The notes beneath the pieces are model-generated. The model saw only the letters and a list, made by a program, of their open reading frames with translations, ran no database searches and had not been told where the DNA came from. Position numbers and translations under genes: made by a program. A DNA stretch of 55,176 nt, the filler included, from Streblomastix strix (taxonomy: Eukaryota): the NCBI GenBank assembly GCA_008636045.1. It is 3 parts of 3 records of this genome, joined end to end, with 100 filler letters (N's around TTAATTAATTAA, not from the genome) between each part and the next. Parts side by side here need not be neighbours in the genome. Positions count along the whole stretch, not along the records: positions 18,440 to 36,760 come from SNRW01000617.1; positions 36,861 to 55,176 come from SNRW01000618.1; 1 more part is not named here. The stretch is one strand, 5' to 3'. This document shows positions 23,553 through 36,946 of the stretch, in pieces (the stretch's first letter is position 1; each line of letters begins with the position of its first letter).

Positions 23553-24885
23553 TATCAGTTTTCCAACTTTCAGTTCTTTTCAAAAATCTAAATATTTTTC
23601 TAAATTATAACATTAAAATTTAAAAATATTATATTCCATTGATAATATACATGGAATATTTAGAATTTTGATAGATGAATCAAAAAATTAATAATTTCAA
23701 TTAATTCTGAAAGAAGTGGAATAAGATATTGAAATAGGAGGAGGAATTGAAGAGATTGAAGCAAATTTATTTCATTCAATTGAATTAAGCATTGATGAAA
23801 TAGGATATAATTCACTTGAAGCAAAGAGGAAAATATTGAATATTAATTTGAACTAAACAAACATTATAAGCAAATAAATTATAATATTACCTTATGTATT
23901 TGACGGTAATATCAATTCAAAACCATATTGAAAATAAAAAGAAGATAGGAGGAAAGAATTAATATAAATAAATATTATTGAAAGGAAAAATTTATGATAA
24001 TAACAATGAAAAATAAATGATGAAAAGGATTTAAATGATTAATAATTAATAAATAATGAATTTTAGAAAGAATTAAATAATTCAGAATAAAAATAATTTT
24101 GAGTTAATTGAAGATAACAGAAAATTTATTCAAATTTTTTGTTTCTATTTTTATTGTTAAAGTCATTTTTTTCCATTTTTGTTTAAACGAGTGAAAATAA
24201 ACTAACAAATAATGATTTCAACAATTAATATTGTATTTTCTCCCCATCTTTTTATAGTCACAAGAAAAAGTAAGGTGAATAATAATCAAAGGAATTAAAA
24301 GAAGAAATATTTGAGAATGTGGAAGAAAAAGGTCTAAATGATGAAAATGAAATTATACTTTACCATATTAATATAAGAAATGTATAAGGTGTATAATAAC
24401 TGGCTTAATTGCTTAAAAATAGTGAAAAATGAATAAAGATGTTAATACTTTGATCATGAATAAGATTTTTTAACATATTGTGTTGACCGTTTATCTTATT
24501 GAGTATCTTATTGTAAATATTTTCAAATATTTGTTTAATGAAATAAAATTAAAGTGCAAAATTTATATAATAACCTGATTAAAGAGGAGATAGACATGAA
24601 AAATAAACTATGTATATTTCTTCTACAATATGAATACCAATATTAAAATAAATAATTTTATTTCTAACAAAAATATATTTTAGCCCTATTTAACTTTAAA
24701 TTATTAGATATGATATACAAATAAAGCCATATTTACATTCTAATAATTCAGCAACAAAAATCACAAAAATTGGGAAATGCAACCGTGAATGTTAATTATA
24801 TTTGTTATTTTTTCAATTTAATTTAATTTTACATATAACTTATTTGAAGAAAAATTAATTAATCTTTCCTTATAAAGGCCCATCG

Positions 24886-26474
24886 ATGAGTGATGACTAT
24901 ATCTTATTCCAACCAGCTCTACGATAGTATAAAAGGAGGTTCTATTGCTTGGCAGCATTCTGCATTAATTCATTCATGCGATGTTTTGAATTAGCACTTT
25001 TAAATTCAGCTCCAAACTCAACATTTTAGTACTATAAACTTGCTGGAATTGATATGGAAAAAATAAATCTCATCCTTTCAATTGGTATGTGAAATATTTA
25101 CCGTTTCTAAAGCTTATCACATTCTTAATTTTCACAGGTGCATTAAGCTACGAGTTATTTGTATTCCTGATGATGTACCTAGACACACGGTGGAACAATC
25201 TTCGCTATTTGACACTGTTGTCATCATTCGCACTTTTACTCAGTTGTATAATAAGAATGTTTCCAACCTGGTTCCCAAATATTCTAATGCCACATGCATT
25301 CCCCTTTCTGCTTGTCGGATCAATCTTGAATCAGCTTGGATCGTCTTTCAGCTACTCAACATCATCACTGATCAGCGCTAAATGGTTCAATTCACAGGAA
25401 AGATCGATAGCAACTGGAATTTCGTCGTAATCTGGTACAATTGGAATCGGCTTTGCGTTTCTTCTGATTCCATTCATAGCTCCATAAGGGAAATACATCC
25501 CTATAATCCTCTACATTGATCTTGGACTCCAGTTTTTGTGCACAATCGCGATTTTGTTGTATTTTCCAGCAAATCCTCCAATTCCACCTTCTTATTCAGA
25601 ATAGTATAGAAGAGGGAATTTCATTTCAGATGCACCTTCACCACAAGATTCACATTCACCAGAAAATTAGTAAGGAAATTACTATCATTAATAAATCAAT
25701 AATTCTGAATAAATAGCATAATAAATCACTTCACCAATAACACAACCAATTCCAATTCAGCCAAAGCCAATCCTTTCAATGAAATAATCTTTGAAGCTAC
25801 TTTTGTGTCCCGACTTCATCAATCTATGCTTATTCTCAGGATTATAAGCAGGATGCACACAAGCTTGGGCTGACAACATTACATATTTCTACACAACTGT
25901 TGGATATTAATAGAATATTGGGGGCATATTCTCATGCATGAATATCTTCACATCAGCCATTGGTGGATTTGTATCTTCAGTTCTCTACGAGAAGAAATTC
26001 AAAAAACACGAAAAATTGCTTCTTTTCCTCATTTTCATTCTCGGAATCATTTTCCAAGCCTTCTTCATATTTGCACTTCCAATTGTCAGTATTCATTCAC
26101 AAACAAGAGATCCACTAATCAAGATTCCACTTTGGTTGTTCTCAACAATGATTATTCTAATTGGCTTCTTACAGGGAGCTCCTTTTGGTGTGATATTCGA
26201 GATTGGAGCTGAACAAACTTTTCCAGCATCTGAAGCATTTTCAGGCGGCGCACTTACTGCTGGTATTAATTTCTTCTATTTTGCTACTCTACTGGTGTTT
26301 GCAACAGTGCCACTTGGTTATCGTACAATAATCACTGTTGGCATTGTTGCAATATCGACTGTCATGCTGATGTTTCTGAGAGTTAACAGGAAGAGGCAGA
26401 ATATTGAAGATATTGGAGAAAGGAACAGCCTTATAAAGAGTGATAAAGAAGGATATAATGAAACAATTAATTGA
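24886..26474 (+). CDS. Major facilitator superfamily transporter, FLVCR/SLC49-like
   Basis: QYKRRFYCLAAF N-terminal motif, SAKWFNSQERSIATGI...GIGFAFL, FEIGAEQTFPASEAFSGG and many hydrophobic helices. One intron at 25085-25137; ORF-track pieces join through TAA/TAG=Gln. Confidence 0.88.
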
Positions 26475-26962
26475 GATTTCATTCTATGCATGGACTAGTT
26501 CTATAATTATATTTTGAATATTCGAATCAGTACTTAATCATTGTGTTGTATTGTATTGTTAATTTTGAGTTTTCTTAAGTCCCTAATGAAGAACATGATA
26601 AAATCGTTGGGGATCTTTAATAACGAAAGCAAAGCAGTATAATACATAAAGAGTTAGCAATTTAACAATTATTAAAATTTTGCATTTTTAATTGTGAAAA
26701 AATAAACAATTTATTCAGTAACAATTTGAAAATATATTTTGACTTTAAATTTACAACAAGATTTTCTCGATTAATGTATGACAATTTTAAAGTTATGCAT
26801 GATAAATGCATTAAACAGTGAATTACTGTGATAAATAATCCTATTACGAATATTAAAACATCAAGGAAAAGTACTAATTTAATTCAAAAAATTAATCAGG
26901 TTGTAACGCCGCGCACACAAAATATTTTTATTTAATTTATTAATTTTTATTATAGAAACATA

Positions 26963-27858
26963 ATGGAAGACGAAGAAGATACACCAAAATAGTTCAAGGT
27001 CATCTTCATCGGCGATGGTGCAGTGGGAAAAACTTCGATAATTCTACGCTTCACACAGGACTACTTCGACCCAGACCAACGCTATAAACAGACTATTGGG
27101 TTAGATTTCTTTGTCAAGCATCTATAAATAAATGGTATGCCATTTTTTGTTTTGAGTATGGCTTGCTTATTTGATGTAAATTTTTTCCTATTTTTGCAGA
27201 TAAAACATAGGTCTCATTGTAATGTTGGGATATTGGAGGATAAACTATTGGCCAGAAAATGATCTAAAATTACATTAGAGGCTCAAATGCAATAGTTCTT
27301 ATTTACGACATAACCGTGCAAAGTTCATTTGACAATCTTGAGCGCTGGATGTCTTTTGTAAACGAAGTTTTCGCGGGGAAAGACAACAAGCCATACCTTG
27401 CACTTGTTGGAAATAAAAGTATATAATACTCATTTAATATTTTATAATATCTTTATACAATCATTATTAAAAATTTTTTCAAATTTACATTAGCTGATCT
27501 TGGGTATAAGCGGGTAGTAAAACTTGATGATCATTCGCGTTTCGCAAACAAATATGGGATGAAATATTTCTTCATGTCAGCGAGAACAGGAGACAATGTG
27601 AATGCTGCTATGCTGAAGATCGCGAGTGATTTGGCAGGAGTGAAACAGACAATTGTTGAATTGGAAACAAGCACTGTATGAAATTTATTATTATTAAATT
27701 ATTCAATAAATGATTCTTTTTATTTAATTTATTTTCAGTCATAAGCAACAGCTACAATCCAACGATTTGGTGAAGCAGATGCAAATGAATAAGACGGAAA
27801 AGATAAAGAAGTTGATAAGAAGAAAAAGAAGAAAAATGAAGATTGTTTAATTCTTTGA
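26963..27858 (+). CDS. RAB28: Rab28 small GTPase, 4 exons
   Basis: GDGAVGKTS, YKQTIGLDFF, the diagnostic WDIGGQTIGQKMIQNYI (Q from TAA), VGNK and SARTG motifs; polybasic tail plus CaaX CLIL* with TGA at 27856-27858. Confidence 0.92.
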
Positions 27859-28016
27859 TATGAATTTTATTCTAATAAACATTCATGATAATATTTAATA
27901 AAATAATATATAACAATACTATATGAGTTAGATTTTTGCACTCATTGTTTTATTAATACTGAAAAAATATAATCTAAAAGAAAAAATTGAAATGATTTTT
28001 GAAATGATAGATAATA

Positions 28017-31000
28017 TCAGTTATCAGAATCTTCTTATTGATTCTCTTCATCATTATTTGATTAATTATCATCATTTTCTGACTCTTCTTATTCTTATTC
28101 TTTTATATCCATTTCTTATTCACCTTCTGATTCATCCATATCTTATTCTTATTCTGATTCATCCATATCTTATTCTTACTCTTACTCTTATTCCTTCTGC
28201 ATCTAATTCACACAATCCCAGACTCTTCCACAAGCAGCTTTCAGTTTCCCAATGACCTGAATATTCTTCATCCCCAATTCCTCTCCAACTCGATACAGTG
28301 GTCCATATTCCATCTAAGCGGATTGAATTCCTTCCTTTTCTTGATCATCTCCATTCAAACCACTTCCACTACCTTTCTACAAACGAACTACTCCAATATG
28401 CTTCAGAAATCCTAATGCACTGTTTGAGTTACTCAATAGTTTCTATTAGTTTTATCTTGCATCACCAGCTCTTAAACCAGCTTCTAATAGTAGTTGTGCT
28501 TCAGGATGTGTGAGACCACATGGAACACGACCTGTGAGGAGAAGAAGCGCAACATTAGGAAAAAGATCAAACACAAACAGAAGCCCCAAATTACCTGCTG
28601 CAAATCTCTGTAAGCGATGCAAGTCATATGGTGAAAACATTTCAGTTGGTGAATAATATTGATAATAATTATATTATTATTAATCATCATCATCTTATTA
28701 TTATTATTATTAATCTATTTATATACTAATATTATTATCAGGTTAAGGAATTGGTGGAGCAGGACTTCCTAAGAATCTTCTTCCATCTGGATCAATCAGT
28801 TGTATGGCTAATTATGAGGAGATTGGAATGTGCGCATATGGAATCAATGAAAGAAGACGGTGGCAGAAACGAGAGAAACTTCTTTCAATCCAGGAATTGC
28901 GCTGTGATATGGTGAGTTTAGTTTAGAGTGAATTATTGATAGGTTATTATTATTCAGATTATAATTCAACTTCTTCTTCATCGTTTTCATCATCTTCTTC
29001 TTCAGTTCGAATTGGTTAGGCAAAACAACATATCCATCTTTCATATTCTGTTGTACAAACATAGCTTTTAATGTTTCTATTTTCAATTCCATTTAATTAT
29101 TTATTTTCTATTATTTTCTATTCATCATCTTCTTCAATTCTTCTTCTTTTCTTTCCTTTTGATTTTATTATTTAATTCTCTTCTTTTATTCCCATTTTCT
29201 CCTTAATTAGCTTTTCTGCTTCTTATTCATCAGAAAATTCTTATTCTTATTATTTTCTTTTCAATTTACCATTATCAGATGTTTAATTGAATTAATTATT
29301 CTATAAATTATCATTGGTTAAATTATTAGATGTTTATCCATGAAGCAAAACAGGAGTCATTTTGCATTTGAGCCAAAAGTTGCAGATCGATTCGGCATCA
29401 TCGTATTCAAATACAACAGAAGTAAATATGAAATCAGCATTTGGAGGAACAATACGAGATATTGGTGATAAGAATGGAGCTTTTGATGGCAAATATGAAA
29501 TTAATCTTTTCTTATTATTAAGATTCTCTATTTAATTTTAACTATCATTTGAATCAACATTTAATAATTCGCCTCTGAAGAACTGTCTCAATTGTTTCAC
29601 AGCTTCCAAACCATATCCAACTCCGCGGACTTCAGGATGTGTGCAGATCTTCTAAATATGAACCATTCTTTGGTTCTGAAGTTGTTCATGTTCGCTTAAT
29701 AATATTGGGAGTTTGGATTTGAATGATAATTGACGATTGTTTGATGACTAATATGAAATGTTTTGTATTTATTATTATTTATTATTTGATTAGTTTGAAT
29801 TACTGATTGTTTCAACTGATACGCGAATAACACACATGATTTCTCCAGTTCCAAGTAATTATTCTGTATTATTTTCATCTTTATCTTCATCTTCTTATTC
29901 ATTTTAATTTTCATTTTCATTATTTTATTCTTATTGATTAATTTATTTCTTCTTTTGTGTTTGAAATCTTTCTCCGATCAAAGCAAAGTAAAGATCTTCA
30001 TTTTCATTAGTTTCTATATTTTAATCATTTATATTAATTGATGAATCATTTTCTTTCTTTTTTTATTAAATATTTTATTTTTTCCCCAAAATTTCTTATA
30101 TTTCATTTCCTGATAAATTTCTCTCATATCCACGATATATTGCAAAGAATCGTGCAAGAAATAATTCTTCTTATTCTGATTATGATCTGATATTATTCAA
30201 TTTATATTCATTATCATCATCATTTGCTTATATTTATTTATTTTTCTTATTATTAATATTTTCATTCAATTCAACTTATCCTGTTTTCTGAAGTGAATTA
30301 TTTGATTCGTTCTGTTTAAATGTGTGAAATAGAGGAAGTTTCATAATATGCATAGCTGACGGATTCAATAAATGAAGTGTGCACAATTCTGGAGGTGGAC
30401 AGGCTAAACATCTGTGCGTTTACATCATCAATTAAAGTGTTTAATGTGAAAATTATGATTATTATTATGATTATTATAAGTTCGTTTTATTATTTATCTT
30501 TTCATTGTTCAATTAATAATCAGTCAAAGGCGACCACGTAAAGAAGAATAATTGAGCCAAAATCGAACAAATTGGATCAGATGGATTCATTTATGGTGGT
30601 TTTTATAGCACAGCTGTTATAACTCCACTTCCTTTGCCATTCAAACTAAACAATCCATTTTCATCTGAATTACTCAAGAAACTCGAATTCTTCTTATATT
30701 TCCTACTCTCATTATTATATCCATTATTTCTCCCATATTTAATACCTTATCTCTTCATACCAAACTCGATCGAATTTCCGCTCAGTTCAGAAACAATCTA
30801 TTCAGCAACATGAAGACAGCATCCTTCATTCCCACCAAGATCCAATGGAATAATCGATAACTTTGCTTATTGTGATGTCTGTATGGCTTAATTACGGTAT
30901 TAACTTCTTATTAATAAGTCATCACTGCAGAAAATAACCAAATCGCAGACATGAGCCAATTATAGTTCAGATGGAAGTAAGAATTGAACCGTTTGTTTGT

Positions 31001-32444
31001 GTGAGTGGAAAATGTCTATTCTGAGAACTCTGGGATTGTTTATTATTGGATGTTTAATTAGTTGGGCTATTTTTTATTCGGGTTCTCTTTTTCTTTTAAC
31101 TTTTGTATTTGAAATATCAGTTATTTAATCATTATTAATATCATTACTTGTTTATTATTCATTTTCATCATATTATTATTATTATTATTATTTCTGCATA
31201 ATAATCGTATAATCCCTTCCTTCAATATAACCAAGTGCATCAAACCCCTTTACACATCCAGCGAAAATCGGTTCAGCTTCTTCAGCTGATTATCCAACAA
31301 TACAGATTGATGGGAGACCCAATGCAACAGCTGATGCAACTGAGATGCCAAAAATAAATGATCTGTATTATTAAGCTGAACAATTAGATGGAGCTGATAC
31401 AACTATTATTTGAGAAGTGGATGATGTGTTTTGTTTGGGTAAATGTATAGTTGCGAGAGATGAAGTATTCACTGGTGTTGGAAGCGAAGATCTTTGGGTC
31501 AATGCATCAAATATCAGAAGAAATGCTTTTGTTTGATCTAATGCAAAATCAGGTGTTATTGATGAATTGAAATGTTTGTTGTTTATTATATTATCTTCTT
31601 AATCCAAAATATTTCTTTCTTTAGATTCAATAATTCCTTCACAGAGTAATTTCAAGAGAGGTTCAATAATATCAACCCCAGAGAATGAATCAATAATTTT
31701 ATGAAGCTCATCTAATATGCGTTATTGTGATGAATTTATATTTTGTGATTTTTGAATTGGTAATTCGGATTAATTTGAAAATGTTTGATTTGATTAATTT
31801 TATTCAGATTTTGAGTTTGATTAGTAAATTAATGAATTTGGAGAAGATAAAAGAAGATGGAGCATTCTTGAAACATCTGGGGTAAGATGGTTTGATTTAA
31901 AATCAATGTTAATAATGATGATTGAAAATTAATCAGATTATACAATTGTTCTGATAAGTAGATCTGCATTTACATTGAAAATTCCCTAAATGAATGATAA
32001 TAATAAATAGAAGTTTAAATAAAATAAATATTAAATTTATACAGAAATTACGCAAATATTGTCTGGTTTAGAATTTAAATATTCATTATAGTAGTTTTCA
32101 AAGTTGATTAATCGAGCATGAAACTTTTTCTTTATTCGTTCTTCATGGGTCTAAGATCTGAAATATATAAATAAAGCAATATTTTATAATTATTAATAAA
32201 ATTTACTATACTGGGACAAGTTTGAGCGCAAAATAGAAACTCTGGGTGCTATCTTCTTCTCTTTGAAAAACGTAGAAGCTTGTGAAATCTAAATTAATAG
32301 ATAAAATATAAAATCAATAATCATATTGAGCAAATAAAAGTTAAAATAAACAATTTTGACTATGCTGCCATGATCTAGACTTCCAACAACGCATTTGTAT
32401 CCTTAACTCCAGCATCGTTAGAAAAGAGGATTGAGATCAGTCAT
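28017..32444 (-). CDS. Highly divergent NAT10/Kre33-like RNA cytidine acetyltransferase homolog with degenerate helicase ATP motifs
   Basis: Collinear NAT10-like blocks: GISVASAVALG...KGFDALGYIEGRDYTII, RIDIFHSHKQTVQFLLP, CPPPELCTLHLLN, ELFLARFFAIY, KICTHPEVRGVGYGLEAVKQLRQFFRG, NFWLKCKMTPVLL and FSPYDLHRLQRFA. Three 5' introns, long Q/N insertions and an acidic tail ending at TGA 28017-28019. Confidence 0.82.
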
Positions 32445-32637
32445 TTCTAATTAAAATTTAACAAATAAATATTAGTGTTCGAAGAAAAATATATTTTAAA
32501 ATAATTAAATGATCTTTCTGCTGCGAAATATTTCACTTTAAAAATAATGAAATATTTCGTTATATTGAATAATAATGATTTAAAATATTATATAATCTGA
32601 TAATAAAAATACATATAAATTATTTAAAATAATTATT

Positions 32638-33841
32638 ATGAAGTTCAAAAATCCAGGAAGCCTTGGAAACAAGCTGGAAAAATTAAAAATGTATATAACA
32701 GGACTTTTATAATAATTCACAGAGTATAAAAGATTCTACAGAATTTTTTATTTTTAATTAATAAATATATAGATTGCATTTTTATGGTCAATTTCGTATT
32801 CGGATATTTAAACAACATTGAACATGTATTTCGCAATGATAATAATTGTATTGAGCTCTTGTAGTACAGCATAAATTTTCAGATAAAGTTACATAATTGG
32901 TGCAGATGGATGATGGTACATATTTTACAAGTGTAATTAATGTTACATCTGTGCATCTTACAATTCATGGTAATTATTAAACCGATATTTAAAGATATTA
33001 AACTTCTACTCGACCTTTATTTTTTGGTAATTCTGCACGTATTTCTCTTCGCAAGCTGAGATTTATGTCAGACGATTATCTTGTTACAAGAATTGATAAA
33101 GATTCTTAGTTGATTTTCAAAGATAACACGGTTGTTGGCACAACAAGTGGTGGGGAATTGCTTTGAAATTGATGGTGGAAAACTTTTTCTCATCAAATTA
33201 AAACTTGATTTTGTGAATATTAAACAATAGAAAGTCTCAAATCTTGTAAAATTTAGTGAACATGGTGGATATTTAGAAGTACGTAAGACATACCTTGAGG
33301 GTATAACAGTAGGAGGAGGTAAACCACTTTTTGGAGATGAAAGAGCAACTGGTATATCAATTAATAACTGCTAATTCAAACATGTACAAATTGATAAATC
33401 TGAAGTTGCTAATAAAGCAGATACTATTATTGGATCTACAAATGTGAATATAACCAGTTGCGCATTCATTGATGTTGATAATGCACTTATAGGAGGCATT
33501 GCCAATGGTCTAAACCAGAACGGGAAATTATCTGTAATAGGATCAACATTCAAAAACTGTATTAACACACAATATGCAATAAATACAACAAGATAATATT
33601 CAGATCGAGATAATATCATAACAGGAGATGCTGAATTTGATGATACCAATTGGAAAGATTGAAGTACGTTAAATGCAGTACAAGTTATTCACAGAATGCA
33701 GAAGGTGGTTCAATTTATATCGAAGGTGGGATAAACATTGCGAAAGAATTAAAAATCATTTCATCAACAGCAGAAATTGTACATACATCAATTTCAGACT
33801 GTTGTTTTGTTGAAGATGAAAATATTTGCTACTTTTATTGA
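32638..33841 (+). pseudogene. Fragmented beta-helix (pectin-lyase-fold/Pmp-like) repeat surface-protein gene
   Basis: Repeating I.NC.F / S.F.NC motifs (ISINNCQF, ITSCAF, GSTFKNC) and GGSIYI; multiple frameshifts and TGAs. Confidence 0.5.
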
Positions 33842-33849
33842 ATTCTAGT

Positions 33850-35694
33850 AGTTTTCGGCATTGATTAATGTTGTTTAGCCATCCTTCTATCACTCCATCA
33901 TTCTCTTCTAGGTTTCCACCACCAGTTGCAAGGGCTGATGAAAGAAAAGAAATATATCTTTCTTATATAAGTTGTTAATATAATTATAAGCTTTGACTAT
34001 CTTGAATTGCTCCAAAACATCTTAAGCTTGATTTCTTTAGATCTATTTATTCTTATTCTAAGTTAATATTTTGTTATTAATTTTATATTTGTTTATACAT
34101 GGCTATGATAGCTGTGATGAAGTTTAATTATTTTAATGTATTTTGTCCATAGAAGAAATATTTCCATAATAAAGCAGAGAGAAGTTCAAGGGATGACGAA
34201 ACAAGCTTTGGAGATTAATTAATGATTAATTAATGGTTTAATATTATATTATTGTGAAGTAAAAGTGATTACTTATATTCATTTATTAAAGATGTGATAT
34301 GTTGGATGATTTTATTATCTTTAATTATTTATAGATATTTACTTGGATAACAGTTATTACTAATAATAACATCTCTCAGTCTTTCAAATACATTCTAGAG
34401 TAATTTTAAAATAGTAGATGAAGGTTAAATTGCAATCCTTAATGGGCAATTGAGTTCAGGACGGCAATTGATATGTAGAAGAGGAGTTATGTTTTTCATT
34501 ATAAGGTCTTATATTGAAGTTGGATAATCATTAGGATTAAAGTTTCGAAATTATTTTATTATTTTAATTAATTTTATTCCTTATTTTATTTCTTTTTCTA
34601 ATATATAATTATTTTATTGATCTTTCAAGTCTTTGAGTGAATTCAAGAAATATTTTAAATTTTTATCCAACACCTAAATATATGGTTTAAGATTATGCTT
34701 ATTATAATTATCATTAAAATCATCACAAATAACATTGATATTGGTTAATTACACAAGTGAATCTGAATATTGTTATTTATTATTCATTTCTTCATCAACT
34801 TTTAATTAATAGAAGGCTTTCATTTTATTCATAAATCCTGATTTGATCATGTTTAGACGAAAAGTTTTTTATTATTAACTTTAGTTTATATTGTCAATTA
34901 AATGTTCAATTATATTTATCAAGATCTTTTAAATATTTTAATTGAAGAATGCAATTCGATCAATTATGAATAAAAGTAATTCTTCATCAAATATCTCAGT
35001 AATTTCATTAATATCTTTCTTCTATAGATCAATGAAAATTTATTATAAATTATTTCCTTTTACTTTATCTGATATTAATTTAGATTATATTATTTGAGTT
35101 AATTTATTTTTGGTTTCATTTCTTTCGGGAGAATATTCATTGTGATTAGGAATAATACTTGCTTTGTCTCGTATATTTGAATTATCTTAATTCGGAACCC
35201 TACTAGAAAATTAGTTTTGATTGACTTGCTTCAAATGAAATTCTATTTAAATAAAAATAATAAATAAATAAATTATTTACAATTGAAATATTATTAAAAT
35301 ATTAAATTATTAATTTAAAATAAAATGAGAATATCACACTGTTTATTATATCATTTTCAATTCTTTTATCCTTAATCAATTATTTTTCTTTTATTTCTTC
35401 CTTTATCTAAATTCGAATTTCGGATCCATCCAAAATAAATTTATCATATTTCTTCATTACTTTCAATGCTGTTTCGTAGTTCACCATCATTGCATATCCA
35501 CGCCCAACTGAAACTCCTCCAATGGACTCTATTCTCACATAACCTCTAAAAAATATTAACAGAAGTATTTAATTTTTAGAATAAATTAAAAATCATGAGT
35601 CATACACAGCTCCAACTGTCTCAAAAAGAAGCCCAATCGTCTTCGCAGTAGTCACTTTATTCAGATTGGTGATGATTAAAGTTGCAGATGTCAT
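33850..35694 (-). CDS. N-terminal RRM domain followed by a long helical/low-complexity region; possibly frameshifted near 34190, 3' end uncertain
   Basis: MTSATLIITNLNKVTTAKTIGLLFETVG (RNP2-like) and VGRGYAMM...YDKFILDGSEIRIQ (RNP1-like); introns at ~35547-35606 and ~35245-35340. Confidence 0.6.
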
Positions 35695-36760
35695 CTATTA
35701 TCTAATATATGCAAAATAAAAATAATTTTATAAAACAAGAAATTTTCGGGAATTTAACTTTAATTCAATTATGAGTTTATTGATGAAATTTGTGATTAAA
35801 AATGAAAGTTTTATAATATATTATGATATTACATTTTATTAAACAGGAGTGATAGTTAAACGTTCAGTAGCAAATAATGCAAAAATTCTTGTAATAATAA
35901 TAAAGGGACATGAAAATTTAAGCGGTATGCTTCGAAATTCCATGTAAATATTTCATTATTTTCATCCATTTATACTTTTTTTGCAAATTAACTATTAATT
36001 TTTCTCATTTTATATATGTGACAAAATTTTAAAATTTTAATATATTTTGAAACATTCATAATTTTGTTAATTTTAATGAATATTTTAATGAATTTTTATT
36101 TGTAGATTGTAAATTGTCGTTATTTTATTTTAATTGCTAATAATAGAAATATATAAAAAACTGGAGTTGTCGATATTTTTGTAAATTAATATTAAGTAAA
36201 TCTTCATTATTCAGTTTATTACCATCTTTCTTTCACTTGTTCTCTGCAGTTATCTTCATAAGTAGCCGTATAGCTATAAAAACGAAAGGGTATAATATAA
36301 GATCGTCTTCATTAACAAAATTCTTATCTACTCTGTACTCAGTTTTTGTCAATGATGCTTATTTCTTTTTCTTTTTTTCTTCATCTGTTCAACTCACTAT
36401 GTCATCTTTTACTCCTCAATCAGCTAACTTTGCTCTAACTGACTTGAATGCCAACTTTCTGTACTCAATGCAGACAAGTTCAATCATTTTCCATTTGTTT
36501 TGTTTTTTTGACAGAGATATTATTATGAAAATGAAATAAAGTATTTAATAAAAAGTACATGATTGAAAATATAAAATTGAATGCATAAATTAAATAAATA
36601 AAGTAATAAAACCCAATTAATGGGTTTCATTTAACCCAGTCGCCTTTATAAGGCTCCATTCTTTATTTAGAATATATTAATTGGTGAAATGTGTTGGATC
36701 GCACAAAATTTTTTGCCATAACAAGGGGACCCGATGGACGAAGGTGACTTAATTCAACAT

Positions 36761-36860
36761 NNNNNNNNNNNNNNNNNNNNNNNNNNNNNNNNNNNNNNNN
36801 NNNNTTAATTAATTAANNNNNNNNNNNNNNNNNNNNNNNNNNNNNNNNNNNNNNNNNNNN
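36761..36860. other. Artificial assembly linker/gap (N44-TTAATTAATTAA-N44)
   Basis: Same 100-nt construct as 18340-18439. Confidence 0.97.
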
Positions 36861-36861
36861 T

Positions 36862-36946
36862 ATGACTGATGCAAAGAAGTAACTGTTAAATGTTAGTCGA
36901 ACACCAGTAGATGATATCATTATCTAAAACTATAAGAAATTTAACT
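36862..36946 (+). pseudogene. Inverted C-terminal fragment of the viral helicase
   Basis: MTDAKKQLLNVSRTPVDDIIIQNYKKFN on the + strand, abutting the minus-strand helicase body. Confidence 0.65.

Noticed and set aside
23650..24110. Coding-like fragment (EIGGGIEEIEANLF)
   Set aside because: Short, without a clear start or exon structure; probably a relic of a multigene family but not assignable
28017..32444. TSR1/BMS1 or a simple GNAT as the identity of the large minus-strand gene
   Set aside because: Multiple collinear blocks match NAT10/Kre33 specifically (KGFDALGY.E..DY.II, YDL.RL, CP.PE.C.L)
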